DNA of 61,393 bases, the filler included, from Choristocarpus tenellus KU-1152 (taxonomy: Eukaryota; Protista; Phaeophyceae), in assembly GCA_964200185.2 (NCBI GenBank). It is 5 parts of 5 records of this genome, joined end to end, with 100 filler letters (N's around TTAATTAATTAA, not from the genome) between each part and the next. Parts side by side here need not be neighbours in the genome. Positions count along the whole stretch, not along the records: positions 40,866 to 54,597 come from CAXNAD020001389.1; positions 54,698 to 61,393 come from CAXNAD020007546.1; 3 more parts are not named here. One strand, given 5' to 3'. The notes beneath the pieces are model-generated. The model saw only the letters and a program-made list of their open reading frames with translations, had not been told where the DNA came from and ran no database searches. Shown one piece after another: positions 41,172-54,838 of the stretch. How positions within the stretch are numbered: position 1 is the first letter of the stretch; every line of letters starts with the position of its first letter. Both the position numbers and the translations under genes were made by a program.

Positions 41172-44100
41172 TTTAAGAATACAAATGTCCAACAATTTCA
41201 GATTTTGTATCTCAAAAAATTGGAGGGTGCCATTTTTTTTTTGACCTTTTGGTTTCTGGACATTGGAAACGTACAAGATCAATTAAGTATGTCCTACTAC
41301 CACCTTCGGCATGGATTCCCTCCCATTCAAAAAGGGGCCCTTAAAAAGTGCCGCAACAGTTACAAAAAAATATATATCGGCACTTTTCCGCACCATTTTC
41401 GGTCAAAACCATCCTCAATTAAAAAAATCCAATGTTATGGGTGGGTGGACAAAAAAACTGCACCTCCAACAAGCATTTTTGGACATCGCCAACATTGTTA
41501 CAGATTGTTCCAATATTATACTATACTTCAAAGCATAAATATCACTATTGTAGGATGTTGACTGCTTCAAAATACCCCCCCGATGACACTTAGGTCACAA
41601 CCAGCGGAATCATTCTGTTGGGACATCTATTTGATTTGACACCGAACACAGAAAGACTGTTTCTCCTTATCACTGTGAAGAGTGGGTGCCCTGCTGCTCT
41701 AGCTATCTCTTTTACTTTATGTTGCTTGGGTGGTGCATGATATCAACATAATATCAACATTGCAGTTGATTGCAGGTTGAGGAGAGGAGGATTTGCTGAT
41801 GGTTGTGCTGACAATATTTAGCATCCATGTGCGCTGATGATACTTTGCTATATCGGGGTGCCAGCTTGGGTGAAAGAAAAAACAGTAATAATGAACCTCC
41901 TTGAAATTTGTATGACAGCATCTAGGATTTTTTTGTGTCAGGCCTTCACGTCTATTCCCATGGCCAATTTCACTGCATGTCAGGTCAACTCAATCAAACT
42001 ATTTTGTTTACTATTTCCACCTGGACTCCGATTATTTGGTCAGTTGATTTGCAGTATATTTTTGTGGCACTGGACTGACTGGTTTGAGTGCACGATACAC
42101 AACCGTTTGAGTTATCCCCTGCTTACAAGCGTTGTTGCCAAGGCCATGTCTGCTCAGAGGGCGACCTCTGAGGCATAATTAGTCACCTCTTTTTTATGTT
42201 GCATTGCAGGGGAAGACATTCTACAGCACCTTAACTCCTGGTTGGATACTTTTTATTTATGACAAAAACAGGTTTCTTTTTGCACCCAACTTCCATTTCC
42301 CCCACGATTAATATGTTAAAAGACACCCCTCCATCCACCTCAACGTACATAAGCTGAACCTGGTTTTCGTTCCACCTCTGCATAGGTACACTTACGCATT
42401 ACAATTTCAGTCACCACTTGCACAGCTTCCTACCTGGACCCTACCGGTGCATGTCAAATTGACCTCGGAGAGACACCAGCACACTACTACTAGCAGTGAT
42501 AGACAGGCAATAATAGCATCTTCTCTGAGTATTGTATTGTACCTCCCTCAAAAATTCTGAACTCTTACAAGACACACGTACACCCAGCAAAACCCCTACA
42601 TCCTACTCTATTATTTACACTAATGAGAGCCAGCATCATGGCTACCTGCCCATCATACGGCTCAGTATATAGTGTGACGAAATGAAGTGCGCAAAAACAG
42701 AACCCATTGTTGCTGGGTGAAGGCCTGCTTTCTGTAAGAAGTCGGAGGAGGGGGTAAGAATATTTGAAGCAATACTGTCTGAACCTGGTAGCCATCTTTT
42801 GACCTACTATCCCTCGCATAAGGAGTAGGGGGCAACCTCCCTGCTCTAACTACCATAAATATTTTTAGTGCATAATATGTATAAAAATAAATTATTCTTA
42901 GATATGAAGGTACATTCCCTCACAATAGATTTCCCTCCTTTGCCCACCCCCCTCCCCCCATTATCTAGGACAAGGCAAACATGTCAGAGGCAGTGCTGCA
43001 CCATGGTTCCGACTCACTGGTCACCTGCTCCACCATTGGTATCCTCTGGAACAATAAATCCCTTCAAAAGCAAATGGACAAGGTACCTGTGGCAATGCCA
43101 TATACCATGTGCAACTCAAAGAGCCTAACCAATTGAGAGGTAGGCAGATTTGGACCCTTCCGCAGTCTAAGCTATCTTTCTTACCCTGTGCAATACACTC
43201 TACTTCATTGCTTTAATATGCACAATAATAGCACACACAAAGTTGACCCCCTTTCCACCCATAAAGTGGGGCATCAAAACTAAGGAAACACTCTGCAATT
43301 ATTGTACAAAATAGCATATTTTTGCCCTCTCTCAGCATCCTCAAAATGCAATCCCCTACCCACCTCTCAATTCACATTCGGCTCAACCAAAATTTGTCCC
43401 TCTTATCAGCATGAAAAAGATCTACATTACTTTCTCCAACCTGTTACCAATCAGTTGGGAGTCGCTTGAGAGCGTTTCAATGCTCTCTCCCCCCAGATCA
43501 AATCACACTTCTCATCGGTTTGTCTAGGAATCTACCCCCTCAGTCCTCAAATGTCCTACAGAGGTACCTTTTCCTTCAAAATTATTCTTCTGAGACATGA
43601 GCAAAGTGTGCCTGGTCTGTACAACAGCACTATTACAAAAGTGGATACGATCAACGAAGAAGATTTAATTTAATCCCCTTGAAAACGTTTATTTCAGTAA
43701 GTCAATGAAATCCCATCTACATGGGCCTCTCCTACACTCTATACACACATACATGTCAACACCGTAAGTGTGGTGCCATTCTCAGGGGTGCAGATAAAAA
43801 CCATGGTTTACTATTTGCTGTCTCACAATGATCCAGACCGTGTCTTATGTCATATTTCATAGTAGCAGTAACAGAAGAGCTGTCTCTAATCCACTCTATA
43901 TTCAACTGTTTTGAAGAGGATCATAAAACAAAAGCCTATCCTGCAGGTCAAAATGAGAGAAAAGCTGCAACTAAAACATATTACCTTTCTTGTTATCTTG
44001 TGTCAGTGCAACCATGGTCACATACACTCACAGGAGATACACCCCCCTGGTTGGGTGCTGCTTACTGTTCTGATATCCATTGCTCTATGCATGAATCACA

Positions 44101-45538
44101 GAACAAGAGCTCTGGAGCAGCAGCACCACCCAGTTCTCTCAGGTTAGTCGATCAGTTCATACTCTGCCTCCAAATTTGTGAGTGATGCACAGTGGCCAAC
44201 CATGCATGCATCAAGACAGTTGCCCTTTAGTCCACATGTAGGGGACCTGTCTAACCCCAAGGTTGAAGTGGAAGAGGTTGATGCAAAATACCTAGTGACC
44301 ATTAAACTAAGATCCCCATAAAAATGAGCACAACTACCTGCACATAATGATGAACTAGGTCAAGGTAGTAGTTTCTTGAGGTATTCACATAGAGCACCGT
44401 TCAGCATCACAACATAAATCCATTGGAGATATGAGATACACCAGTCAATAACTGTCAACAATAGAAACAGGAGAAACAGCCACTCCCATTAGCCATGTAG
44501 CACAGATCATCCAAGTTAACACCAGAGTAGTTCAGCTACACATTGGAAGCACTACTATGTACCTGTTGAGACAGGAACGGTGCAGTGCATCCCACCTAGT
44601 TCCTACAGTAGTAGGCTATCAGGCACTTAGCCTCCCTCCAAGAGACAAAAATCGTTCAACTGTACACCATGTGTATGGTCAATTCCAGAGAGCCAGTGCA
44701 GAGGACACCTTAATGACAAACCCAATTTTAATATAATGATTCCTCACATTAGTCTGAGGGGTCCTGTACCTTTGGTCAAAGGGTAGTCAAATAAACAAAG
44801 CGTACATCAACTGGGATGAAGCGATACTGCATGAAAAAGAGAGAGAGAATTCCATATATATGTGGATATATATATTTTTGAGGCACAAACTGAGGCTAAG
44901 CCGAACCCATCAATTATGACCTTTTTTTTTGTGTACACTGGTTGGTCATCTACTTTGAACTCTCAAAACAAAAAATACCTTCACACTTCATATTTGCAGC
45001 ACTGCATCACTCCGGACTACACCCAAAGAGTATGCAAACCTTCCCACGTGCACAAAGCTACACTTCAATTACGCACAAAACCATACATACTTCTCTCGAG
45101 TACAACATAGCAATACCTCCACCCACACACCATTTCCGCCCCGCCCCCCCCAACAATCATGTACAACACAAGAAATGGACAATAGTATTGCCATACAAGA
45201 TATGGGCTTCAGGAGGAGCAGGATGGGAGAAGCAGATGACCTAGCGTCTTGCTCAAGATCAGTGTCACGAGCAGCAGCATAAAGCCCTTCTAAACAAAAA
45301 GCAATCCAAGTCCACCTTATCCCCATGCAAGCAAACAAATCCCTGTCTTACTTACAGCATCCCCAACACTCTCCTCATGACTTTGCTTTACCATATTATG
45401 ATATGGTGCTAGTGGTTAAGGAGGAAAAATAGGCAGCATAAACCAGGGGTTTACTATTTGTCCTTTATCCTCACCCTCTCCTCACTAGTTATTGTGGCGC
45501 CAAAAGAGCCTTGATTGACCAGGCAACCTCATTTCCAA

Positions 45539-46203
45539 TTAGGGTACCTGTGGGAAGGAAGCACAGTCGGCCAGACCACACATGTTCTTGCCACGGGCAA
45601 TGTGGAAGTAACCATTCAGCCCCCAGCTGCACCCATTAGGGAAACACACAAGTTCAGACAAGGGAGACCAAAGAAGGGGTAAGCGCAGTTCTCTTGTGTA
45701 AGGAAAGGCGTGCGTGCATCCAGGCACATAAGGCATTGCATTTTTTTTTTCGCCCTGATTTGGTCCAATACATTCATTGGGAAGCAACAACAAACACTGC
45801 ACACCTTGGGACAACCTAACACTTTCATAACACTATGCTTTTATGTGTGTCTAGAGCGTTAAAGATGTAACACTCTAGTGAGAGTGGCGCGTCATCCGAA
45901 GTGTCCAACCTTTTTGACAGGTAACAACAGTCATCATGAACTTGGTGAATACTAGGAAAAAGGAGACAAGACAAAGTAAAGGTATGCCACTTGTTCAGGT
46001 TCACTTACTCCTCTCCCCAGGAGTTCTTAACAATCCAGTAGTCCACCCCATCCTCTGTCGTATCATATCCAACTGCAAGCACGGCATGATTCACCTGGGA
46101 GGGGGGGTGAGGGGGGGGGGGGGGGGGGGGGTCAAGGGGAAAAACACACACCCCTCCCCCCCGCCCTCTTCGATGATTTCTTGATGGCGGGGGGGGGGGG
46201 GGT

Positions 46204-46245
<42 letters not shown>

Positions 46246-46617
46246 CAGTCAAGTGTACAATCAATCATTAGTGCCTCCATGTGGGTAAATATAGGTGGTA
46301 CCCAGCTTACAAGGGAAATGTAGATACTGTAAACCTATGGAAACCAGTAGAATCTCTTCACCTCATCTTCTCTTCTCGCATAACCCAGAGGTTGATTCCT
46401 TAAAATTTCGCCCTACTTTTTCTTCCCAGACAATTGAACATAATGAACATAATGCACATTGGGCTCCTTCGATGTCGGAAGCACTTCAAACACCTCAGAG
46501 TTGATGTTGATAGCACACAGGCCCTTCACAAGTCTTTTCACGAGACGAAATTGATCTCCGCATAAAGAAAAAACACAACATCAGCCGGGGACACAACACA
46601 TAAAGCATCACATATAG

Positions 46618-46663
<46 letters not shown>

Positions 46664-49600
46664 ACCCAAACAACCCACCCCACCCCCACCCCCCCCCCCA
46701 CACCCCCCACCACCCCCCCCCGCCCCCCCCCACCAAACANNNNNNNNNNCAGAAAAAAAAAAAAAAAACCACACCCGCGCCGCCCAAAACAAAAACCATA
46801 AAGGTCCCCCCCCCCCCCCCCCCCCCCCCCCCTGAAACAAAATATTACAGGTATCCTACCTCATCAGGTGCAGTGCCACAATCTGGATTATCGTATACGC
46901 CACCATCATAGTCCCTGAAGTTATCAGCCACCTGTACAAGGCAAAGCGAAACAGGTCAAGGCCCGCAGGTGGGGATGATAGGGTGGACTGTTCTACTAAG
47001 CTCACCTACAATAGCTCTAAGGCATGAGGAACAAAGATTGCCTAGACACAGTGGGCACAGAATGTGTGGTGTTTCTGGAGCCTTGCTTGATAAAGATCTT
47101 GCTTGTGTCTCGACTGGGGCTGTTCAAGATGTTCCCAAAAACAGATGAGAAGTTTGAGGAAGGCGTATCTACTTGCATCAGACTGTTGTTGTATGGGGGG
47201 TAGATATAAAAAACTACCTGACCCTTAGAGGCAGTGATTAACATCAAAACACCACAGCAAAGCAGTACCTAACACAGCCACACAAGTATCCACTTCCACA
47301 CCCCATAAATTAATATCCACCTCACCCTCAATCAACAATTCCCTTCCTCTCTCCCCCCCAACTTGAAGCTCCTTCAATCACAAGTCAAATAGAGTGTAGT
47401 CCCTTTACCTGGAAGGCAATGCTGACAGGCCCAATATTCCCAACAGCCTCCAGGAGCTCCCCCTCATCTTGGAAAGTGATGTTCACAGATCGAACAACCT
47501 GTGCACCAACATCAGCAGGCACAAAGTGGCAGGTGCTATCCTCACCCAAATAAGGATATGCCTCTTCTGTGTCCAGTCCCCCAACAGAGGCCGCATATTG
47601 GAAGGCGTGGGAGGGTAGGCCACCATTGCATCCATGGTTATCAAAAGCCTGGGCGCAGTCAACCTAGCAAATCACACCAATTCCATGATAGTAAAATAAG
47701 GTCAGGTGTCAGTTGGTTTGTCAAATGGAATCGATTGATAGGTATCAGACATATCATGCTAGGGTGAAGAACGCCCATTCACTTTCTACTCTCTTCATAG
47801 ATACGTAATACTCTAGAATGTTAAAAACTAGTAAAATGCTCACCACATTCAAATTATTTTTTCAGTAGAGGTAAAAGTTATAATAATAATTTGCCCAGTG
47901 TATAATGAGCACTTACACCATGTGTATGCCCTGTACAATCACTAATGGGTGCAGCAAGTACAGTACATAGTTACATGGTAATGCAACCATGTGCATAGAT
48001 CAAGAATCAGCAGCTCCATTTCAAAATTGAGATTAGAAAATTGTTCAGGTGAGCAATCTCTGCACTCACCAGCTGTTGCTCTGATAGCAGCACCATCTCA
48101 CCAGTCCTGTAATGGGTATAGCAAGCACACAGTCAGATGAGACAGTCAATATAGGTGGCTGATCAGGACTTGAACTGATTCGAGCTTTTGGAAAACTGAA
48201 GGCATCTCATCTTGATCCCATCCTTCCACAGCTCTGCATCACACTTATCCTTGCAAAAGCATGAACAAATACACATGCACATAAACACATGTATGTACCT
48301 GTTGCAACATCAATTTACATCTCCAACTAAGTTAGGCGGTCACCATCCCATGCAATTTATGCGTAGCATGACAACATGCTCGATCAATTACCATCAATTA
48401 ACATCACATGCCTACTCTGCAGAGTGCCGCCATTGAAGGCATTGCCTCTATCCAGACACACAGAGGCGCAATAGTTCAACTGTTGAACTGTTTCAATCTC
48501 AATTTGAATCAAAAACAAAGGGGATGCCAAAAGACCCACAAGCACCTCTCTCACACAAAGCAACTGTACAAAAGAACACATGGCAGTGTCACTTAGAGTC
48601 GTTAGAGTCAAGCCCTAGAGTTAGGGTACAACACGCAAAAACCATCCAGTGGTTTACAAGATTACACAACACAAATATGTGGGGCCAGGGTCAAGGGTTC
48701 ATAATATAAAACCCACAGGCAGGCAGGCAGGCAGGCACTGACCAGCCACAAAAACATTGAAGGGTGGGTAGAGAGTAGAGGAATACACCAGAAAAATCCA
48801 ATACTTGAAAAATCACGCTTCATGTGGACCACTGCATGTCTATGATAACCTCCTCTAACCTGAGGAAGTGGTGGGACTCCAAGCACCCAGTAGTGCTGAA
48901 TGTCCAGCAGGATCCGCAGTGACTCTGGTCTTTCACCTGGGACACAGCGCCTGCATCGCGCCAATCCATGGAAGGCGGTGGAGATGAGAAAGGACCCACG
49001 GCTGAACGGAACTGGCCAGGGTGCCTGTGGGTAGCAGAGCAGTTCTGACTTTCCGTGAGACCATTGAAGCCTAGGCGGCTCGATTGGAACTCTTCCCTAA
49101 TAAGCAAGCATTCCCCCAACATTGTATGAGTTCAGTAGGGTACAGTAAGGAGGGGTGAGAAATTAGTTGTCACCACTTACTTCATCTGTCCACAGTCAGT
49201 GAGACATGGGCAAGATAGCATCAGAGGGACAAAAGATATCACGACAGATAGTGGACGTCATACTTGGCGCAACTGTATCCCCTTTCAAGTCATGGTGTTA
49301 GTTACAACAAGATCATGTCAGGTAAAGGATCACAATCACAATCACAATCACAAGAACAGCAATTCAAAACAAATTTCAATACAGAGAGTGTAATGAGACT
49401 TGACCACTATACTATCACATCACATCACGCCGTTCTAAAAGCAGGGGACAACCATTGTGCACACTGTTTGCAACCTGTAACCGAAACAGGATTGGATCTT
49501 ACTCACTTTATGCGTTTTGACCCTAACACTAAGCCTTGCACATGTTTGCTGGTCCTCCAAAATAGGACCCTCGCTCATACTACATGCAGATTACACAACT

Positions 49601-51551
49601 TGAAATACTTACATCAAACCATGTATTACACCCCCCTCTCACCAATGAGGATCTGCTGTATTCAGTGGTATCACACTATTTTGAACTTTACTTAGGACAT
49701 AAATACTGCAACTTCAAGTACTTGTGTGTAGAGAGCAGGTATCTCACTACAAAATGATCAAAACGTTCAAAGTTTTCAAAGTTTATGTGAGAGGGGAGTT
49801 GAGTGTCTAACATCACAACTAGCCTCTACTCAGAAAGACCAAGCAAGTACCCACACACTCGACCGTGATCTTTCGATGCAAACGCCATCCCAAGACATAC
49901 AACGGCAAAGGGAATCAGGAACAAATACAAGCAGACAAGCAAGACACACGCAACATATGAAACAGCACAACCCTCTCCAAGAGTTAGGAACAAAACATAA
50001 TCGTGTGATGAAAAACAACCCACTCTTCAATAGACCAATGGGGTCAATTAATAAGCGATAAAATAGAACACGTCGTGATATACACACTGTCAACATTCTG
50101 GACACCGCTGCCACTCCACTACAACTGGACCAGACTGTGCTTAGAGAGATGCACTATGCAGTAAATACATTTTCCAATCACATCTATGTTTTAGGCTTCT
50201 ACAGGCATTCAAAATCACTACTCAGCAATGCTTCACACAAACAGACACGAGACTTCACCAGGAGACCAGAACATTTTAGGGGAAAATCGATACATACGGC
50301 CTAAAAAAAGTACGACCACAAGTACGACAAGTATACATACAGGCATTGTTGCACTTGGCAAAAAAACGCACCATGTAATGTCAGCAAATTTGTTGAGGCC
50401 AGCACTGTATGTGCCGCTGTGTCTCTGCAACCGCTTCAAGGTCTCCATAAATGCTGCGAGGCGTGATTCTTCTTCATGGATATCACTGTAGCTCACGCCG
50501 AAGTCCACCTTCCATGACTGGAAAAGGGAACGAGCCATCTGCAAAAAAAATGATTATTTTTTACAAAGCCATCGCGGAGCAATGTATAAAACTTATTGTG
50601 ATGAGAGATGTCATGGTTACACGGAGGATAGTTATCTACCCCAGTGGCCTGTGGTACAAGAGTAGTGAGCCTTCACCGCCAAAATGCAGTGTAGATTGTA
50701 CCTTTCTATACACTACGCCTCTTACTTCTTTGAAGTCTGATGATGTGCTGCGCTCGGTTCAATTCACGGGATGGAGCATTGGTTTTGACCCATTATCATT
50801 ACATCATTCTTCATTATTTTGATGGCGGTCTACTGAGATGTGGCGAAGTCATTTCCACATTTTGTTCCTACCTCTGTTCATCTACTTTGATTAACTTATT
50901 TTCAGAGGTAGTGTCTATCCCTATCCCTCTTGCTCTTACACCAAATCCAGTTGGGAGGTCACGCCAGAAAACATCAGGATTCTTAGAATTCTCAGGAACA
51001 ACAGCCTCCCAAACCGCACGCATGTACTCTCAAAGGTCACCTCGAGTGTCTACTGTGCGACGGAGTCGGCACCATTTCTACAGAAAGTCACATTAAATTA
51101 CTGGCAAATATCCTAACAACCCACATCACTGTCGATTCCTCGGTCAACGGACAGACGAGGCTCCTCCTCGTATTCATCCTCTTCTACTGCTGCATTCTCG
51201 ATAACATCAGTTCCATCCAACCCATCACATGTGAAGACAGCGGCGGGTAATTTCTGCGCAAGGAGCACGGAATGAGTTCAGATCGGGTTGATTATGCACA
51301 ATATATCACCATCACTGAGATATGCAGTCGCATGTTGAGTTCAAGTTGTGTACCTTTGCAAGTGATGCGCTCAGGCACTCTGATGGGACCGCAGCACATG
51401 AGCACCAAACGCAGGTATCACCAGTGCCCTCCTCAGTTTGGCCCTGGCATGTGTCAGAATTTGTAAAACTAAGACAGCTGGAAATATCTCCAAATGAAGG
51501 TTGAACTATGTTCAACAAAAAGGCAGTCACCGCCACACAAAGCAGCTTCAT
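45539..51551 (-). CDS. CTSH: Cathepsin H-like papain-family (C1A) cysteine protease, 9 exons, ~422 aa, with extra N-terminal Cys-rich module
   Basis: Exons 51551-51354, 51253-51125, 50538-50372, 49096-48860, 48106-48070, 47663-47409, 46931-46860, 46094-46009, 45626-45539 (1269 nt). Signal peptide, I29 prodomain (GLNKFAD), mini-chain [72 protein letters not shown]. Confidence 0.93.
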
Positions 51552-52011
51552 GATCCTCAACAGGGGAGTTGGTTCGGTACTTCGCAAGATCTACTTTTAG
51601 ATTGAAAACTGATGTGCAAGGCGTGACCTGTGTCTTCTGAAGGGTTCTATGTTGTGTTGTGTCCAACCTACCTCCTACACATCACTTTGCAAAGCGGCGA
51701 GCGCGCGCAGCATGGTGAATCTTCACCCAACTGTTTATGTGAGAGTTTATGAAGTAAACTGAGTTTTGTGGGCGGTAGAATTCTGGTTGGCTGGGGGCAC
51801 AGGACAAGAATGTGGGGATAGAAAAGAAAGAAAGAAGAAAGGTATGAATAGTTAAGGAAGGAACGAGATAGTTAATGAAATTGAGTGGTACAGTTAGGAA
51901 AATAAGGGATACGAGACAAGGAGTGAAGGTTAAGTCAACCTCCGAGCAAGCTTCTGTCAAGCAAGCTTATAGTTTAAGACGACAAATAGGAGAGACAACG
52001 ATGACGAGTGG

Positions 52012-54597
52012 ATGGAGATGGAACAAGAAAACGAAAAGAAAAACGAAGCGACAAGAAGAAGGGACGGAGAAGAAGTGATGAGGGGTTGGGCAGAGGAAGA
52101 AACGATGAGGGCTTGGGCGGAAGAAGAAAAGGGAGGAAAGGAACAAGAAGTGGAAAGAGAAACAAGGGCAGAGCAGAGGGCGCAAGAATTTCTCGACACA
52201 GCGCAACGAGAACTGGGAATCTTCGGGACGGGAGAGAGAGAAAATACAGAAGTTGAAGAAAGGGAGGACCAGGAACAGATGAGAGAGAACACCCAAACCC
52301 AACTACAAAGCTAGAACGAAGAGATACGGAAACTGACGGAACGAATTGATGGCATGATGGAGGTACTTCAAGAGATATGTCGTTCTTAAACTCTAGAAGA
52401 AGGGGAGGAAAGAAGAGGTGTGGGAAGGGGGGGAGGAGCCACGAGGGAGAAGGGGTCGACAGCGTCAACATCAATGGCTGAAAGGCTGCAAGAAAAGTCA
52501 TTGATACAAGCATGGAATCGAGTGGAAGCGAGGAAGTACTTCGTACTTATTGGAGCAATTCCACTCTTCATAAAATCGAGCAACGCGAGGACAACAAAAT
52601 ACGAACTACAGAGTATAGTGGCGGAGACAGCGGTGGTGACGGATGAGGTAGCAGAACAGCTGGAGCACATGGCAGGCTTTACGATAAGGGAATACATACC
52701 ACGAGGAAAGCTAGGAAGGGAGACGGTGAAAACGGACTACAAACTACCAGACAACCTAGAATGCTTTGTGGTCGCCATGATAAGGATTTTGAAATATGGG
52801 GAAAGATGGAATAAGGGGTGGAAAAGGACTGAACATGTCGTCAACGAGTTGGAAGAGGCTAGATGAAAAGTTCGAGTGTTCTATGGGGCAAACAAACCAA
52901 CATTCCTCGAAAGTCCCTGTATAGTGGAGTTAATCTTTAGAGCAGTAGAGGAGGACCTCATGTGTTAGGAAGAGCGACTGGCGGCAGCGGCGGATATTAT
53001 AGGGAATAAGTTTAACACACCACCCTCCCCCGACGTACGGATCCCCCTACCGGAAAACCCAAAATTGGCGTGTCTCGAAGTGACCCTTGCCCAAGCACAG
53101 AACATGTTACCTGCACTATATAGGACAGAGTCCCGATCACGATCCATGAAGAGGGCGGGGACATGGGGGAAAATGAGGACTTCGAAATTTCCCAGGGCAG
53201 AAGACAGAACCAGTGCTGGAATATCAAAAGGAGTAAGGGTCTACAACCCGTGCTTTGCATGGAAAGCAGGAAAGTAGTGCGAATTCCTGAAAAAAAAACG
53301 GATTCTGCAGATACGACCATTTTGAAGAAAGGGGAGAGGAAAAAGGGAAGGAAGCCAAGACAGAGGCAAACACCAAAAAAAAGATCCATGAGGACACTCT
53401 CTTCACAGGGGGCGGCAAGAGGAGACCAATGGACGTCAAGACTACCCCAACATCGACAAGGAACGTCAGGGATTCCAACACCAGGGTCAATACGCCGGAC
53501 ACTAAAAGGTAAAAAAGAGGGGGAGAGAAATAAAAAGGATGAATGTGAAATGTGGTTGAGCAGTTGGCAGGAGTGGAAAAGAAAAAAGGATAGGCCAATG
53601 GTAGGGGAGGGACTGGAAGAGTTGGCAAAAAGAGGGGTAGAACTACTAGGGGCATGTGGGGGGGACCTGAAAATATTAGTAGGTAGGCTAAGGGAAAGAT
53701 GGAGTCCCACACGTTTTGATTGGGAGACGATTGATGACCATTTTGGGAAGAAGGTCGGGTTCACACAGATAGAGCAGCTCCAACAGGTAGTGCTAAAGGG
53801 AGTACCAGTGTGTGTGAGGGGTAAAGGATGTGTTGAGAAGAGACTAGAGCACGGAAACCACCCGAGTGCAAGCAGAAATAAGGAGGCCCTATTAGCAAAG
53901 GTAGTAAGTGACGTGAAGTTGGGGAGAACTTTAGTGTTTCCAAAAAGAATGTGGGGGAAGATTCCAGGATTGCAGGTGTCCCCAGTGGGTATCATTCAAG
54001 AACCCACGAAGGTAAGAATTATCCATGATTTGTCGTGCTCACTAGAAGGTTGGGGTCCAAGTGTGAATGACCAGACAGCCTTAGAGGATGCCCTCCCAGT
54101 GCATTGTGGAACAGTGATAGGGGATGTGATTAGGAGAATTGTGGGCTTGAGAAAGAAATTCCCGGGAAGAGGATTATGATTAGTAAGATGGATGTGAAAG
54201 ATGCGTTTCGCCAAGTGCAAGTAGAACCACGGGGGGCAGCAAAGTTTGGATATTGTGTGGGGGATTTGCTAGTGATTGATTTTCGACTCCAATTTGGGTG
54301 GAGGTATAGCCCGGGGTGGTGGGACCTTTCAGCGAGTGCTCTTGAATTTTCACATTGTCATACAGATCCAAAATCGACAGTAATTGTGGAAGAGGCGAAA
54401 GAGATGACAGTAGGAGTCACATACTCGAAGCAGGAAGGTAGGAGGGAGGCTAGGACACTTGAAGAAACTTGGGAGGTGCAGGACATAGCAGGGGGGGGGG
54501 AAGAGGACCAATTTTTTGCCAGAATGTATGTAGATGATAGCATATTGGTAGAGCCCCAATGGTTTGAAGATGGGCGAAGACTGTTGCTAGCAATAAA
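52012..54597 (+). mobile_element. Degenerate tyrosine-recombinase-type retrotransposon (DIRS/Ngaro-like): gag-like ORF plus overlapping RT ORF, truncated by contig end
   Basis: One reading frame 52012-53277 is broken by four in-frame stops. An overlapping pol frame from ~53163 has a frameshift near 54176. RT motifs: SPVGII..KVRIIHDLS, KMDVKDAFRQV, DFRLQFGWRYSPGWW, MYVDD. No introns. RNase H and recombinase are not visible, so the clade call rests on RT motif style. Confidence 0.8.
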
Positions 54598-54697
54598 NNN
54601 NNNNNNNNNNNNNNNNNNNNNNNNNNNNNNNNNNNNNNNNNTTAATTAATTAANNNNNNNNNNNNNNNNNNNNNNNNNNNNNNNNNNNNNNNNNNNN
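54598..54697. other. Artificial contig linker
   Basis: 44 N + TTAATTAATTAA + 44 N. Confidence 0.97.
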
Positions 54698-54770
54698 AAT
54701 ACGCCATGGGAAGTCAAGCCCCAAATGGACAAACAGGGCAAAACTCGTACCCTCTAAGATACTTTCACTC
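54698..54770 (+). mobile_element. Right end of the Sola2-like MITE (copy 4, left part lost in gap)
   Basis: gggaagtcaagccccaaatggacaaacagggcaaaactcgTACCCTCTAAGATACTTTCACTC matches the right end of copy 1. Confidence 0.88.
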
Positions 54771-54838
54771 GGTTGTGGCCCCTGCACAACCTCATTTTGT
54801 CCTGCTTTTCCTACCCTCCCACTATCATAAATTCAAAG

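Noticed and set aside
46100-46835. Long poly-G/poly-C tracts as G-quadruplex elements or Gly/Pro-rich ORFs (also 30135-30230 and 34660-34692)
   Set aside because: Intronic or intergenic homopolymers next to N runs. Their lengths are unreliable and the ORFs are artefacts.
53012-53995. 327-aa minus-strand ORF (and 51974-52513)
   Set aside because: Antisense shadows of the purine-rich retroelement ORFs, with low-complexity F/L/S/P composition.
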